From assembly GCA_964550175.1 (NCBI GenBank), contig CAZJXP010000001.1, positions 706,774 through 770,773 on the forward strand: 64,000 bases of DNA, read 5' to 3'. This document shows positions 1-8,680 of the stretch, piece by piece; positions within the stretch are counted from its first letter, which is position 1; every line of letters begins with the position of its first letter. A model generated the notes under the pieces. It saw nothing but the letters and a program-made list of their open reading frames with translations. It ran no database searches and was not told where the DNA came from. The DNA is from an uncultured Methanosarcinales archaeon. Its GTDB lineage: Archaea > Nanobdellota > Nanobdellia > Woesearchaeales > ARS49. The position numbers and the translations under genes are program-made.

Positions 1-255
1 TTCTACCTCAGCATCGACGTCAAGGACGACGCAGCTGTCGGAAGCCATGTCTTCACCGCCACGATCAGCTCGGGCCAGCAGGTTGAGCAACTCGCGCTCA
101 CGGCAAATGTGACCGAAGCAGCATCCAGCATCTGGGCCACGTTGGCAAAGGTGTTCGGCATCGCAGTGCTCGTCGCATTGGTCCTTTTGGCGATCATGTT
201 GGTGTACAACCGCATGAGCGACGAAGACAAGACCGAGCCGCAGACGTACTACTAA
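1..255 (+). CDS. 3' end of a membrane-anchored surface (putative S-layer) protein, partial
   Basis: Frame 1 is open from the window edge: FYLSIDVKDDAAVGSHVFTATISSG...VFGIAVLVALVLLAIMLVYNRMSDEDKTEPQTYY*. Ig-like beta segment, C-terminal TM helix and acidic tail ending in YY. A T-rich tract follows. Confidence 0.75.
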   Translation, partial: FYLSIDVKDDAAVGSHVFTATISSGQQVEQLALTANVTEAASSIWATLAKVFGIAVLVALVLLAIMLVYNRMSDEDKTEPQTYY

Positions 256-309
256 ATTATTTTTTTTCCTTTTTTTTATTTAGTTTAGCGCATTGAATAT
301 GGGGGGCAA

Positions 310-2862
310 ATGAAACTTATCAATCTCGCATTGGTCCTGGTCCTTCTTGCTTCCGCTGTTTCCGCCCAATTCGTCGAAGACTTCTCCATTTCCTCAGAAC
401 CCACACTGCAGACGTTCCAAGGAACTCCGGCAGACTCACACTATCTCATCACCAACACGGGCAACGTCGCCTCGGGATATACGGTCTCGGTTGTTGATTC
501 TGACGCGGCATCCTGGGTCAAGCTCGGCCCGTTGAGCTTTTCGCTGCAGCCGGGACAGCAGCAAATCGTGCTGTTGCACCTTGATGTCCCTCGAGACGCG
601 GCTGTCGGCAGATATGATTTGCAGACGGTTTTCACTACTACGCTCGGCACAACGCTCGTTTCTGACCAGGACGTTCGCGTCGACGTCCCGCACAACATCG
701 ACCTAGAGGCGCCCGAATCAAAGGAAATCAAACCTTGCGGCACTGCGACGTACCCCATCACCATCTATAACACCGGCGCGTTCGCCGAAACCTTTGACCT
801 TTCCGTCAGCAAGAACCTCGCATCCGTTGCGACGTTCACCGATGACAACGTGGTTGTCGGCGCCGGCAAGAATGCAATCGTTACCTTGACTATCAAGCCC
901 GACGACTGCACCGTTTCTGGCGACAAGGAGTTCTCCGTCTTCGGCATCGCCGAAAGCACGAACGCGAAAGCCGAATTGGACTTGTTTTTGACCATACAAA
1001 ACCCGTTCATTCCTTCAATTGCTATTGATGATGCTCGTTTGACGATCGAAAGCGGCACGTTCAACGCGACCATCGTCAACACCGGCGACACGAAAGCTAC
1101 TTACAAGTTCGCGCTTGACGGTCCCGACTTCCTGAAAGTCACGCCGACACTTACGCTTGAGTCCGGAGCAGAAGGCACGATTGTTTTCACGTCAACGCCG
1201 GACGAAGAAGTTGCTCAGCAGAAGTATCCGGTCACGCTCAAGACCTCTGTTGAAGGGATCAACTACGAGCAGGACTTTGTCTTGACCGTCAAAGACCTCA
1301 GCTGGTTCGAGCGAAACCCCTGGCTAACGGCGGGATTGACCGTTGTGCTGATTATATTACTCATCGTCGGAGTCATCCTGTTGCAGCGCTGGATCGCGTA
1401 CACCAAGACCGACGAGTACCAAAAGAACAAGTCCGAAGCTGCGCGCGTCGCGGCCGAAGTCAAGGCGCAGCGCGAAGCCGAAAAGGCCGAGCTCGCGAAG
1501 GAGAAGGCGAAAGCAAAGGCAGCCGCCGAGAAGCAGCGCGAAGCCGATCGCAAGGCGAAGGAAATCGCGAAAGCAGCCGCCATCAAGGCGAAAGCGCAGG
1601 CGAAATTCGACAACGCCGTTGCGAAAGAACGCGAAGCCGCAAAGAAGGAAGCCGAACGCGAATTGAAAGCGACCAACGTGCTTGTCGCGAAAGAAAGCCT
1701 CCAAGGAGACACCGCGACCAAGCCGGGCAAAACCGGCTGGTGGATTGCGTTGCTGTTGCTGTTGCTCGTTCTGGCAGTCGTCGGCTATGGATTCCGAACC
1801 TACCTGATCGCGAACCTGTTCGCGTCACTTGCCGGCATCATCACGCTTGTTGTCGTCATCATTTTGTTCCTGTTCTACAAGAAGTTCTTCGGTGCGAAGC
1901 GCGTTACGCAAGAATGGACTGCGCTTAAGGCCCGCCGAGAAAACGAATTCGAGACGGGCTGGAAGCACGGACTTGGCCAATTGTGGATTCGCGTCAAGGA
2001 AGTCGTTCCGAACGTCAAGCTCACGCTCGTTGCGTCACGATCCAATCCGACGCTCATGGCGCCTGAAGGCGTCGTCTACCAGTACCTCTCCTTGCGTCCG
2101 GAAGGGCTCAATGAAGATTTGGTCGAGCGACAGCGATTCATTTTCCGTGTTTCTCGCCGATGGCTTGAAAACAACGACGTCTCCGAAGGAAACGTCAAGC
2201 TCATGAAGTACACCGATGACTGGAAAGGCATCGGCACCGAGAAGGTCCGTTCGGACGCCAAGTGGGTCTACTACAAGGCCGAGACGGTGGGCTTGGACAA
2301 CTTCGCAATCGTTGGCAAGAGCCGCACTGAGAAACAGACTCATTCAGGCCTGGCTCCCGGCTGGTGGTACGTCATCTTTGGCGCAATCATCCTCTTGGCG
2401 CTTTTTGGCGGCGCCTGGTATTTGGCAACCGCGGGCAGCGAAGGAACCATTCCGGTTCCGCCTTCTGGCGTCGGCATTCCGCCGCAAGTCTGGGACGAAG
2501 ACACCAAGCTCAGTATTGATTTGAAACAATACTTCGTCGATCCTGATGGAGATTCCTTGACGTTCACGAACACGCCTGTGCAGAACATCGTCGTCACGAT
2601 TTCGGGCATGGAAGCGACCTTGACTCCCGAGAAGGACTGGTTCGGCACGCGAAACATCACGTTTTCGGCCACGGATGGCAAGGGCGGCAAAGTCACCTCG
2701 AACAATGTCAGCCTGACCGTCCGCGACGTAGCGGAACCGACGTTCTGGACGAACCTATGGAACGGCATCCAGCACTACGCGGGCTACATCGTTGTCGGCA
2801 TCGTGCTGCTTGTAGTCTTGATTGCGATACTCGAGTATCGCAAGAGCTTTGTGAAAGCCTGA
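310..2862 (+). CDS. Large multi-domain membrane/surface protein (Ig-like repeats, coiled coil, PGF-pre-PGF-like domain, cadherin-like domain)
   Basis: Signal peptide, three N-T-G Ig-like repeats, TM helices, K/A/E coiled coil, VYQY...FRVSRRWL...LMKY...YYKAET..L..FAI segment, DPDGDSLTF cadherin-like motif, C-terminal TM. GGGGGG SD-like site upstream. Confidence 0.75.
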   Translation: MKLINLALVLVLLASAVSAQFVEDFSISSEPTLQTFQGTPADSHYLITNTGNVASGYTVSVVDSDAASWVKLGPLSFSLQPGQQQIVLLHLDVPRDAAVGRYDLQTVFTTTLGTTLVSDQDVRVDVPHNIDLEAPESKEIKPCGTATYPITIYNTGAFAETFDLSVSKNLASVATFTDDNVVVGAGKNAIVTLTIKPDDCTVSGDKEFSVFGIAESTNAKAELDLFLTIQNPFIPSIAIDDARLTIESGTFNATIVNTGDTKATYKFALDGPDFLKVTPTLTLESGAEGTIVFTSTPDEEVAQQKYPVTLKTSVEGINYEQDFVLTVKDLSWFERNPWLTAGLTVVLIILLIVGVILLQRWIAYTKTDEYQKNKSEAARVAAEVKAQREAEKAELAKEKAKAKAAAEKQREADRKAKEIAKAAAIKAKAQAKFDNAVAKEREAAKKEAERELKATNVLVAKESLQGDTATKPGKTGWWIALLLLLLVLAVVGYGFRTYLIANLFASLAGIITLVVVIILFLFYKKFFGAKRVTQEWTALKARRENEFETGWKHGLGQLWIRVKEVVPNVKLTLVASRSNPTLMAPEGVVYQYLSLRPEGLNEDLVERQRFIFRVSRRWLENNDVSEGNVKLMKYTDDWKGIGTEKVRSDAKWVYYKAETVGLDNFAIVGKSRTEKQTHSGLAPGWWYVIFGAIILLALFGGAWYLATAGSEGTIPVPPSGVGIPPQVWDEDTKLSIDLKQYFVDPDGDSLTFTNTPVQNIVVTISGMEATLTPEKDWFGTRNITFSATDGKGGKVTSNNVSLTVRDVAEPTFWTNLWNGIQHYAGYIVVGIVLLVVLIAILEYRKSFVKA

Positions 2863-2935
2863 TTATTTTTCTGTTATTTTTTTCTTAGTAACCTTTAAAT
2901 AACTCTCGACGAGCCAGAATGCTAGAGACCTATGA

Positions 2936-3008
2936 GGGGACGTCGTCCAACCTGGCAGGACGGCCGCCTCCAGAGCGGCTAATCGGGGTTCAAATCCCTG
3001 CGTCCCCA
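2936..3008 (+). tRNA. tRNA-Trp(CCA), intronless
   Basis: Acceptor GGGGACG/CGTCCCC, anticodon arm GCCGC-CT-CCA-GA-GCGGC, T-loop GTTCAAATC; TTTAAATA TATA box upstream. Confidence 0.95.
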
Positions 3009-3305
3009 TAGCAGCGTATCACCGACTTTGATTGACGTTCTTTTGGGGATTTCCACAACATATCTCGCCTTGACTTTCGGCGAATACATCGCGAACGGGG
3101 AGAAGTTTTTCTTCACTTCGATGACCTTTCGGTCCTTGTTGAGGTAAAGCACGTCAATCGGGAAGAACACGAACCACATGTGCAGCGGGACGTGCTCGTC
3201 CTCCTTGAACGCGAACACCAAGGTTTTTTTCGGCGAAAACATCAATCCGCGGACCTGAGAGAGCAGTGAACGGCAGACGACCGCGTTTTTGAGCCGATGA
3301 TTCAT
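2979..3305 (-). CDS. DUF192 family protein
   Basis: RGLMFS...HMWFVFFPIDVLYL...YVVE signature. Start uncertain (3305 or 3350). Confidence 0.8.
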   Translation of the reverse strand: MNHRLKNAVVCRSLLSQVRGLMFSPKKTLVFAFKEDEHVPLHMWFVFFPIDVLYLNKDRKVIEVKKNFSPFAMYSPKVKARYVVEIPKRTSIKVGDTLLWGRRDLNPD

Positions 3306-3396
3306 GGCGTTGCAATCCTTAGTATCGTATTTAATGATTGCGCCATCCATAATTATTTAAATCTCTCAGACATTGTTTTCATTGTGAAAGAGGTCT

Positions 3397-3947
3397 TGGT
3401 CAAGAAGGGACGCATCCGCGCGAAGATTAACGTGCCGGGCGTCGCGCTTGACATAAACGTCGCGCATTCTGCTGCTAGTTTGCGGGAAGTGCGACGGATT
3501 CTTGACACTCTTCGGCAGCAGGACGTTATTGTTGAGCAGGACCCGTACAACTGGCAGTTTTCTGAAGAGTTAAGGTCATCCCCCGCGGCGATGGATTTTA
3601 TTAGACAGGCGTCGCGCGCGGAGCAGGGGACGCTCTACCGCAAATTATCGTTTGACAATCTCCGTGTCGTCGACACGTACAAGAAAGAGTTTTTTTCAAC
3701 GCTGGACCCGGTGAAAACCAAAGAGGCAATCAAAACGCAACTGTCTGATGTCGATGGCGACGTCAGATTCGGGCTTGTGCACATCATCGGCACGGTGTCG
3801 AAAGATGACAAAGCGTTGCTTGTTGATTTGGTGCGCAAACGATTCGGCAACGCCGAGCTGAAGACGCAGTTCACGCACAAAGACGTGTTAGGTAAGACGG
3901 TAGTTGAGATGGTGCTGTTCGGGTCGCTGCAGAGAGATGAGTTCTAG
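3397..3947 (+). CDS. Hypothetical protein, C-terminal part resembles the FtsZ/tubulin C-terminal domain
   Basis: ORF 3297..3947; likely TTG start near 3397 after GAGGT (approximate). C-terminal GLVHIIG...GKTVVEMVLFG pattern parallels FtsZ GALIQVVG...[11 protein letters not shown]. Confidence 0.55.
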
Positions 3948-3954
3948 CAGAGTT

Positions 3955-4057
3955 ACCTTTTTACCGCCCCGATTCGAACCGTTGGCTCAATTGAATTCAA
4001 AATTATTGCCGTACGCTACGACAAAAAGAGCCGGTAAAAAGTTTGGGCGGTAAAGAG
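3955..4057 (+). repeat. Palindromic intergenic element copy R1
   Basis: ACCTTTTTACCGCCCCGATT...core...CCGGTAAAAAGTT plus an extra GGGCGGTAAAGAG arm; between convergent genes. Confidence 0.85.
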
Positions 4058-4067
4058 CTTAACGACG

Positions 4068-5774
4068 TTAACGTTGTATTTCTTTCAAGAACTTCTTTGT
4101 CGGCAACGTGTTCACCACGTCCTTCGCCTCCAACCAGCCTCTCCGTGCCTGCGCGACGCCGAGCTCCATGAATCGCAGATGGTCGACGCTGTGGCTGTCG
4201 GTGTTGATGATGAATTTTGATTTGAGCGCTTTCGCGGCCCTGATGTGCGTGTCTTTCAAATCCAATCGGCTGGGCGAACTGTTGATTTCAAGGAAAACTC
4301 CCGTATCGGCGCAGGCCTGCGCGACAGATTCGAAATCGAAATCAATGGGCTCGCGCGCGTTTATCAGCCGACCGGTCGGGTGGCTTATCGCCGTTATATT
4401 TCCCGACTGGATGGCCTTGAGGTAGCGCTGCGTGGCTGCGGCGCGGTCTGGCGTGAAGCGCTGATGCGAACTAGCCATAACTATGTCGAGCTGCTTCAAG
4501 ATTGCTGGCTTGTAGTCGAGACTGCCGTCCTTTTTGATGTCCACTTCGCTACCTTTGAGGATGGTGACGTCAGAATACTTTTTTTGCAGCTTGTCAATCT
4601 CTTCGCAGTGCTTGAGCAGCCGTTTTTCGTCCAGTCCGTTGGCGATGACTGAGCTTTTGCTGTGGTCGGTGATCGCGAGATAGTCATAGCCTTGCTTGAT
4701 TGCGGCTTGCACCATCTCTTCCGTCGTGTTGTTCCCGTCGCTCCAGCGCGTGTGCATGTGGCAGTCGCCCCGCATCGCGTCGTACGGAATCAGGGTCGGA
4801 AGCTTCTTTGCTTCTATTTCGCCCGTGTTCTCGCGAATTTCGGGCGCGGGATACGGAAGATTGAGCTTCTTGTAGATGTCCTTTTCAGTCTTGCCCGCGA
4901 CATACGTTCCTTTGCGGGTGAACAGCCCGTATTCGTTGAGCTTGAACCCCTTGTCGATCGCGATCTGTCGCACGCGGACGTTGTGCTCCTTGCTGCCGGT
5001 GAAGTATTGCATCGCCGCGCCGAACGATTTCGGCTCGAGCACGCGAACGTCGGCCTGCAGGTTGCCGATGAGGATGGCTGATTTTGTCGGGCCTTTCGCC
5101 AGGACTCTCGTGACGTCAGACATCGTCGTGAAGAAGTCCATGACTCTTGAGGGGTTCTTGCTAGTGACTAAGATGTCGATGTCCGCGATGGTCTCCTTTC
5201 TTCGTCGGACGCTGCCGGCGACTTCGGCGCGGTCGACGCCCTGAATGGTTTGCAGTCGTGCTTGGAGCTCGCGCGCTATGTCAAGCCCGGTGACGAGCAA
5301 TTTTCTTTCCTGGCCTTGCGCGTGCAGGCTCAATCCCTTCAGAATCTCCTGCTCGCTCTTCTCGCCGAAACCTGCGAGCTTTCGTATTTTGCCTGACTCT
5401 GCGGCCTTCTGCAAGTCGCGCAAGCTTTTGATGTTCAGTTTTTTGTTGAGAATGACTGCCCGTTTCGGTCCGAGACCGGGGATGTGCATCATCTCGTCGA
5501 CCCCTTTCGGAATGCGCTTTTCTAACTCTTTTAGCTCCTTGATTTTGCCGGTTGTCAGGAACTCCTCGGTCTTGTTCGCTATCGCTTCGCCTACGCCCGG
5601 AAGCTCCTTCAGCGCGGCCATGCCGCCTTTTGCGTAGATGTCCTCGATGGGCTTGCTCAAGGTTTCGATTGTTCTCGCGGCTTTACGAAAGGCGTTCGGC
5701 TTCCATTGCACGGCGAGAATTTCGAGCAGGTCGGCGATTTCGTAGAAGATGTCAGCTAGTTCTTGGTTCTTCAT
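4068..5774 (-). CDS. polX: DNA polymerase X / PHP 3'-5' exonuclease
   Basis: HhH motifs, GSVRRRKETIADIDIL, ADVRV, YFTGSKEHN, PHP motifs HMHTRWSDG, ITDHS, INTDSH. Confidence 0.95.
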   Translation of the reverse strand: MKNQELADIFYEIADLLEILAVQWKPNAFRKAARTIETLSKPIEDIYAKGGMAALKELPGVGEAIANKTEEFLTTGKIKELKELEKRIPKGVDEMMHIPGLGPKRAVILNKKLNIKSLRDLQKAAESGKIRKLAGFGEKSEQEILKGLSLHAQGQERKLLVTGLDIARELQARLQTIQGVDRAEVAGSVRRRKETIADIDILVTSKNPSRVMDFFTTMSDVTRVLAKGPTKSAILIGNLQADVRVLEPKSFGAAMQYFTGSKEHNVRVRQIAIDKGFKLNEYGLFTRKGTYVAGKTEKDIYKKLNLPYPAPEIRENTGEIEAKKLPTLIPYDAMRGDCHMHTRWSDGNNTTEEMVQAAIKQGYDYLAITDHSKSSVIANGLDEKRLLKHCEEIDKLQKKYSDVTILKGSEVDIKKDGSLDYKPAILKQLDIVMASSHQRFTPDRAAATQRYLKAIQSGNITAISHPTGRLINAREPIDFDFESVAQACADTGVFLEINSSPSRLDLKDTHIRAAKALKSKFIINTDSHSVDHLRFMELGVAQARRGWLEAKDVVNTLPTKKFLKEIQR

Positions 5775-6223
5775 TGCTCGACCTTCACCTTTTCAACGAT
5801 TGTGAATTCGATGGGACGCCCGTGCGTGTCATATGCAGCAACACGGTTGAACGTGTACGGCCGGCAGATGATGAGGTTGACAAGGCCCATCGTAAACAGC
5901 CCTCGCTTGTCCATGCTGCTAGGCAGGTTGTTGAAGCTCGGATGGCTGTGGACGGTCCCTACTACTTCGTGCAGCAATGGAAGGTCGGCGCTGATGATTG
6001 CCTGGCTCTCGTTCGCGTGGTAGTGCTCGTAGACGATGCCCTTAACGTAGAGAATCTTGTTCGTGACCTTTCCTTGTAGGTAGGCCGAGAACTCGTTCGG
6101 ATGGGCGTTCTTCGCGAACTCGATGACGGTCTGGATGACTTGGCGTTCGACGAAGACCGAATGGAAGACATACTCCTCAAGCCCCGAGGCTCGGAGAGTC
6201 CAACGCATCAGCTTCTTCCACAT
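5771..6223 (-). CDS. JAB1/MPN (JAMM) metalloprotease
   Basis: PNEF and HSHPS(x7)D JAMM motif; 4-bp overlap with polX. Confidence 0.85.
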   Translation of the reverse strand: MWKKLMRWTLRASGLEEYVFHSVFVERQVIQTVIEFAKNAHPNEFSAYLQGKVTNKILYVKGIVYEHYHANESQAIISADLPLLHEVVGTVHSHPSFNNLPSSMDKRGLFTMGLVNLIICRPYTFNRVAAYDTHGRPIEFTIVEKVKVEQ

Positions 6224-6259
6224 GCTATTGTTATCGGTGGTTGAGGTTAAAGAGCTTTT

Positions 6260-6311
6260 CGTCTTGTGAAAGTCAGTTTTCGGATTTTTTACTTGGGACT
6301 TTCACAAGACG
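6260..6311. repeat. Perfect 15-bp inverted repeat between divergent promoters
   Basis: CGTCTTGTGAAAGTC-N22-GACTTTCACAAGACG. Confidence 0.8.
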
Positions 6312-6348
6312 GGCAAAGTTTAAATAGCGTTGGTGATGGGATGAGCGC

Positions 6349-6570
6349 ATGGGATGCACCGCATGCAACGCGCCGTTGGCGCCGAACGACAAGTTCTGCG
6401 CAGCCTGCGGCGCGGTCCAGCAAAATGCCGCTCAGGTTTCTGAGATTATCGAGGATAGCGCTGACAACCAGGTCACGACCACGTGCGACAGATGCGGCGC
6501 GGGCTTGGTTTCGGGACAGATATTCTGCACCGTGTGCGGCAAACCTTCAGTTCAACTCGGCGAAGAGTGA
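6349..6570 (+). CDS. Double zinc-ribbon protein
   Basis: Four CxxC pairs (CTAC, CAAC, CDRC, CTVC); TTTAAATA upstream. Confidence 0.8.
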   Translation: MGCTACNAPLAPNDKFCAACGAVQQNAAQVSEIIEDSADNQVTTTCDRCGAGLVSGQIFCTVCGKPSVQLGEE

Positions 6571-6600
6571 GTTTGTAGTAGTCTTGGTTTCCTTGCCGTT

Positions 6601-6685
6601 CTTTTCCCAGGCAGATTTTGAGTAGTTTAGGCAATAATTCTATTTTGAATAGAGCCAACGGTTCTAATCTGGGCGGTAAAAAGTT
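6601..6685 (-). repeat. Palindromic intergenic element copy R2
   Basis: Minus strand reads AACTTTTTACCGCCCAGATTAGAACCGTTGGCTCTATTCAAAATAGAATTATTGCCTAAACTACTCAAAATCTGCCTGGGAAAAG. Confidence 0.9.
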
Positions 6686-6767
6686 TGCTTGGGAGAGCTT
6701 ACGTCGACAAAAACTATTGGCATTCATCACCATAATCCTTAAAAACACCTGCCACTCTGGAATAGTC

Positions 6768-7184
6768 ATGGACGAACGTCGACAACAGCTCAGGCGCGAT
6801 ATGGACTCCTACCTTTCGCAGCGGCGAAAGTCGGACTGGGGATTCTTTTCGAAGCCTGTTCTGCACCCGACGGTCCATCCTTACAAGAATAAGGAAATGA
6901 AGGAGGAATCGACCGTGGAATCATCCGAATCAACCGAACAAAAGAAAGGCTGGCTTTCCGGCATGGTCGACAAGCTCTTCGGCGAAGCGGCCGATGAAGA
7001 CGTTCCGGCAGAAGCGGTTTCTCAGGTTACTTCCACTGATGCGTCTGCTGACTTGAAGGAATTGGCGCGAATCTCGCTCGCGGTGATGAAGAAGATGCCG
7101 GGCGACCTCGTGCACGAGTTCAAGCAGTCCGCCGATTACGACCGATTCAAGGAACTTCTCCGCAAGCACCAACTCATCAAATGA
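6768..7184 (+). CDS. Hypothetical protein
   Basis: MDERRQQLRRDMDSYL...FKELLRKHQLIK; ATGA overlap with the next gene. Confidence 0.7.
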   Translation: MDERRQQLRRDMDSYLSQRRKSDWGFFSKPVLHPTVHPYKNKEMKEESTVESSESTEQKKGWLSGMVDKLFGEAADEDVPAEAVSQVTSTDASADLKELARISLAVMKKMPGDLVHEFKQSADYDRFKELLRKHQLIK

Positions 7185-7387
7185 GACTATTCGCTCTTTT
7201 CTGTCTGCTTTTGGTTCTTGCCGCGTGTTCGACGCCTTCTGAAAAGCCGGTTGCCGGCGGCGAGCAGGCGCCGAGCTGCATGTGCACGGCAAATTACGCT
7301 CCTGTGTGCGGCTCAGACGGGAAGACGTACAGCAACTCTTGCTTCGCGAATTGCGTGAAAGTAACTTTTGTCGAAGGCGAGTGCTAG
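7181..7387 (+). CDS. Kazal-type serine protease inhibitor lipoprotein
   Basis: LAAC lipobox; CxCTANYAPVCGSDGKTYSNSCFANC...GEC Kazal consensus. Confidence 0.9.
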   Translation: MRLFALFCLLLVLAACSTPSEKPVAGGEQAPSCMCTANYAPVCGSDGKTYSNSCFANCVKVTFVEGEC

Positions 7388-8259
7388 TTTCTCCAGAGAA
7401 GAAGCGCGTCGTTGCTTAAGCTGAATTTGTTTCCGTCCGTTGTCAACGTCAACGTCCCTTTCTCGTCCGTGCGGTAGACGTTGTTGTCCGTTTGGGCGTT
7501 CAAGCGCGTCATTACTTCCTGTCCCGGATGGCCGTATTGGTTGTTCAGGCCGACGCTGATCAATGCGACGGACGGGTTGATGGCGCTCACGAATTCTGCC
7601 GTGCTTGAGGTCTTGCTGCCGTGGTGGCCCGCGACGTAGACGTCGCTTTCTAATTGCGCGCCGTATTGGTTGATGACGGCGTGCTCGCACGCGCTTTCGC
7701 AGTCGCCTGGTAGTAGGATGCTTGTGTTTTTGTACGTGATTTTTAGGACGATGCTGTTGTCGTTATCGCCGTTGAATGCCAATGGTGTGTCTGGGTTGAG
7801 AACGTCAATCTGCGCCCCGCCGACGAGGAAAGACTGTCCGTCGTGCCAGTCCAAAAGAACGCTGCCTTCTATTTCGGCTTTCGTGTTCAATGAGGCGCAC
7901 GTTTTCGTGTCGCAGGGGACCTTCGGCTGCAGGTAATTCTTGATTTTAACCGTGTCAAAGGCCTTGATTAATCCGGCGGCATGATCTGAGTCGAGATTGC
8001 TGATCATTGCGTAGTCTATCGTCGTTATGCTGTAGTTCTCGAGGTAGCTGACGAGCCGGGTTCCGCTCTTGCCGGCGTCGTACAGCAGGGTTTCGTTGTC
8101 GGGCAGCTTGATGAGAATGGCCTGCCCTTGGCCGACGTCGAGCATCATGAGGGTCAGGATGCCTTCGGGGAAGGCTATTTTAGCGGGTTGGGGGTCGTTT
8201 ATGACGTTTCCCGTGACACAGCCGGCCAAAAGGAGGGCTAAAACGAGCTGCAGTTTCAT
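7384..8259 (-). CDS. ComEC/Rec2-like metallo-beta-lactamase-fold secreted protein
   Basis: DVGQG, NDNSIVL, GD, GHHGSKTSS, YGHP, YRTD; LAGC lipobox. Metal motif reads SNLDSDH. Confidence 0.85.
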   Translation of the reverse strand: MKLQLVLALLLAGCVTGNVINDPQPAKIAFPEGILTLMMLDVGQGQAILIKLPDNETLLYDAGKSGTRLVSYLENYSITTIDYAMISNLDSDHAAGLIKAFDTVKIKNYLQPKVPCDTKTCASLNTKAEIEGSVLLDWHDGQSFLVGGAQIDVLNPDTPLAFNGDNDNSIVLKITYKNTSILLPGDCESACEHAVINQYGAQLESDVYVAGHHGSKTSSTAEFVSAINPSVALISVGLNNQYGHPGQEVMTRLNAQTDNNVYRTDEKGTLTLTTDGNKFSLSNDALLLWRN

Positions 8260-8356
8260 GCCATTTTCATGAGTGGGACGTCTATAAAAGCCTTCGGAAG
8301 GCTTATATTTCAGGTCGTTTTACCTGTCAGATACTACTCCAGAGTGCTCTTAAATA

Positions 8357-8370
8357 GAAAGGTTTATATA
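8357..8370 (+). promoter_or_regulatory. BRE-TATA archaeal promoter with no clear downstream CDS
   Basis: GAAAGGTTTATATA. Confidence 0.5.
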
Positions 8371-8523
8371 CCCTTTACACTATATCGTAGTAGTAACTCA
8401 AGTTATAATCACCTCTTTTTCCCGCGCGTACGCCCGCAAGGACGTGCGCTCGGGTTTCAACACTGCTTGACGACAGTCTCTTGGGGATAGTTTAGTTGTG
8501 TTTCGTTTGCTCTCCTTGACGCT

Positions 8524-8658
8524 CTTTTCCCCGGCAGATTTTGAGTACGTTTAATCGTCTTTAGAATTCTAGAAGTAACGACGATACAAAACGTGGCGGT
8601 ACAATCCGAATCCAGTTGGTTCGGATGTACAACAGGACTTGTCCTGTTCGTAAAAAGA
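8524..8658 (-). repeat. Palindromic intergenic element copy R3 with nested double-hairpin insert
   Basis: Minus: CTTTTTAC[GAACAGGACAAGTCCTGTTGTACATCCGAACCAACTGGATTCGGATTGTAC]CGCCACGTTTTG...ACTCAAAATCTGCCGGGGAAAAG. Confidence 0.85.
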
Positions 8659-8680
8659 GACTTGATGGGCAGTGCAGAAA

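Noticed and set aside
6618..6767. ORF extensions and short ORFs translating the repeats (also 53310-53579, 10254-10523, 30769-31194)
   Set aside because: They are translations of the repeat or shadows of real genes.
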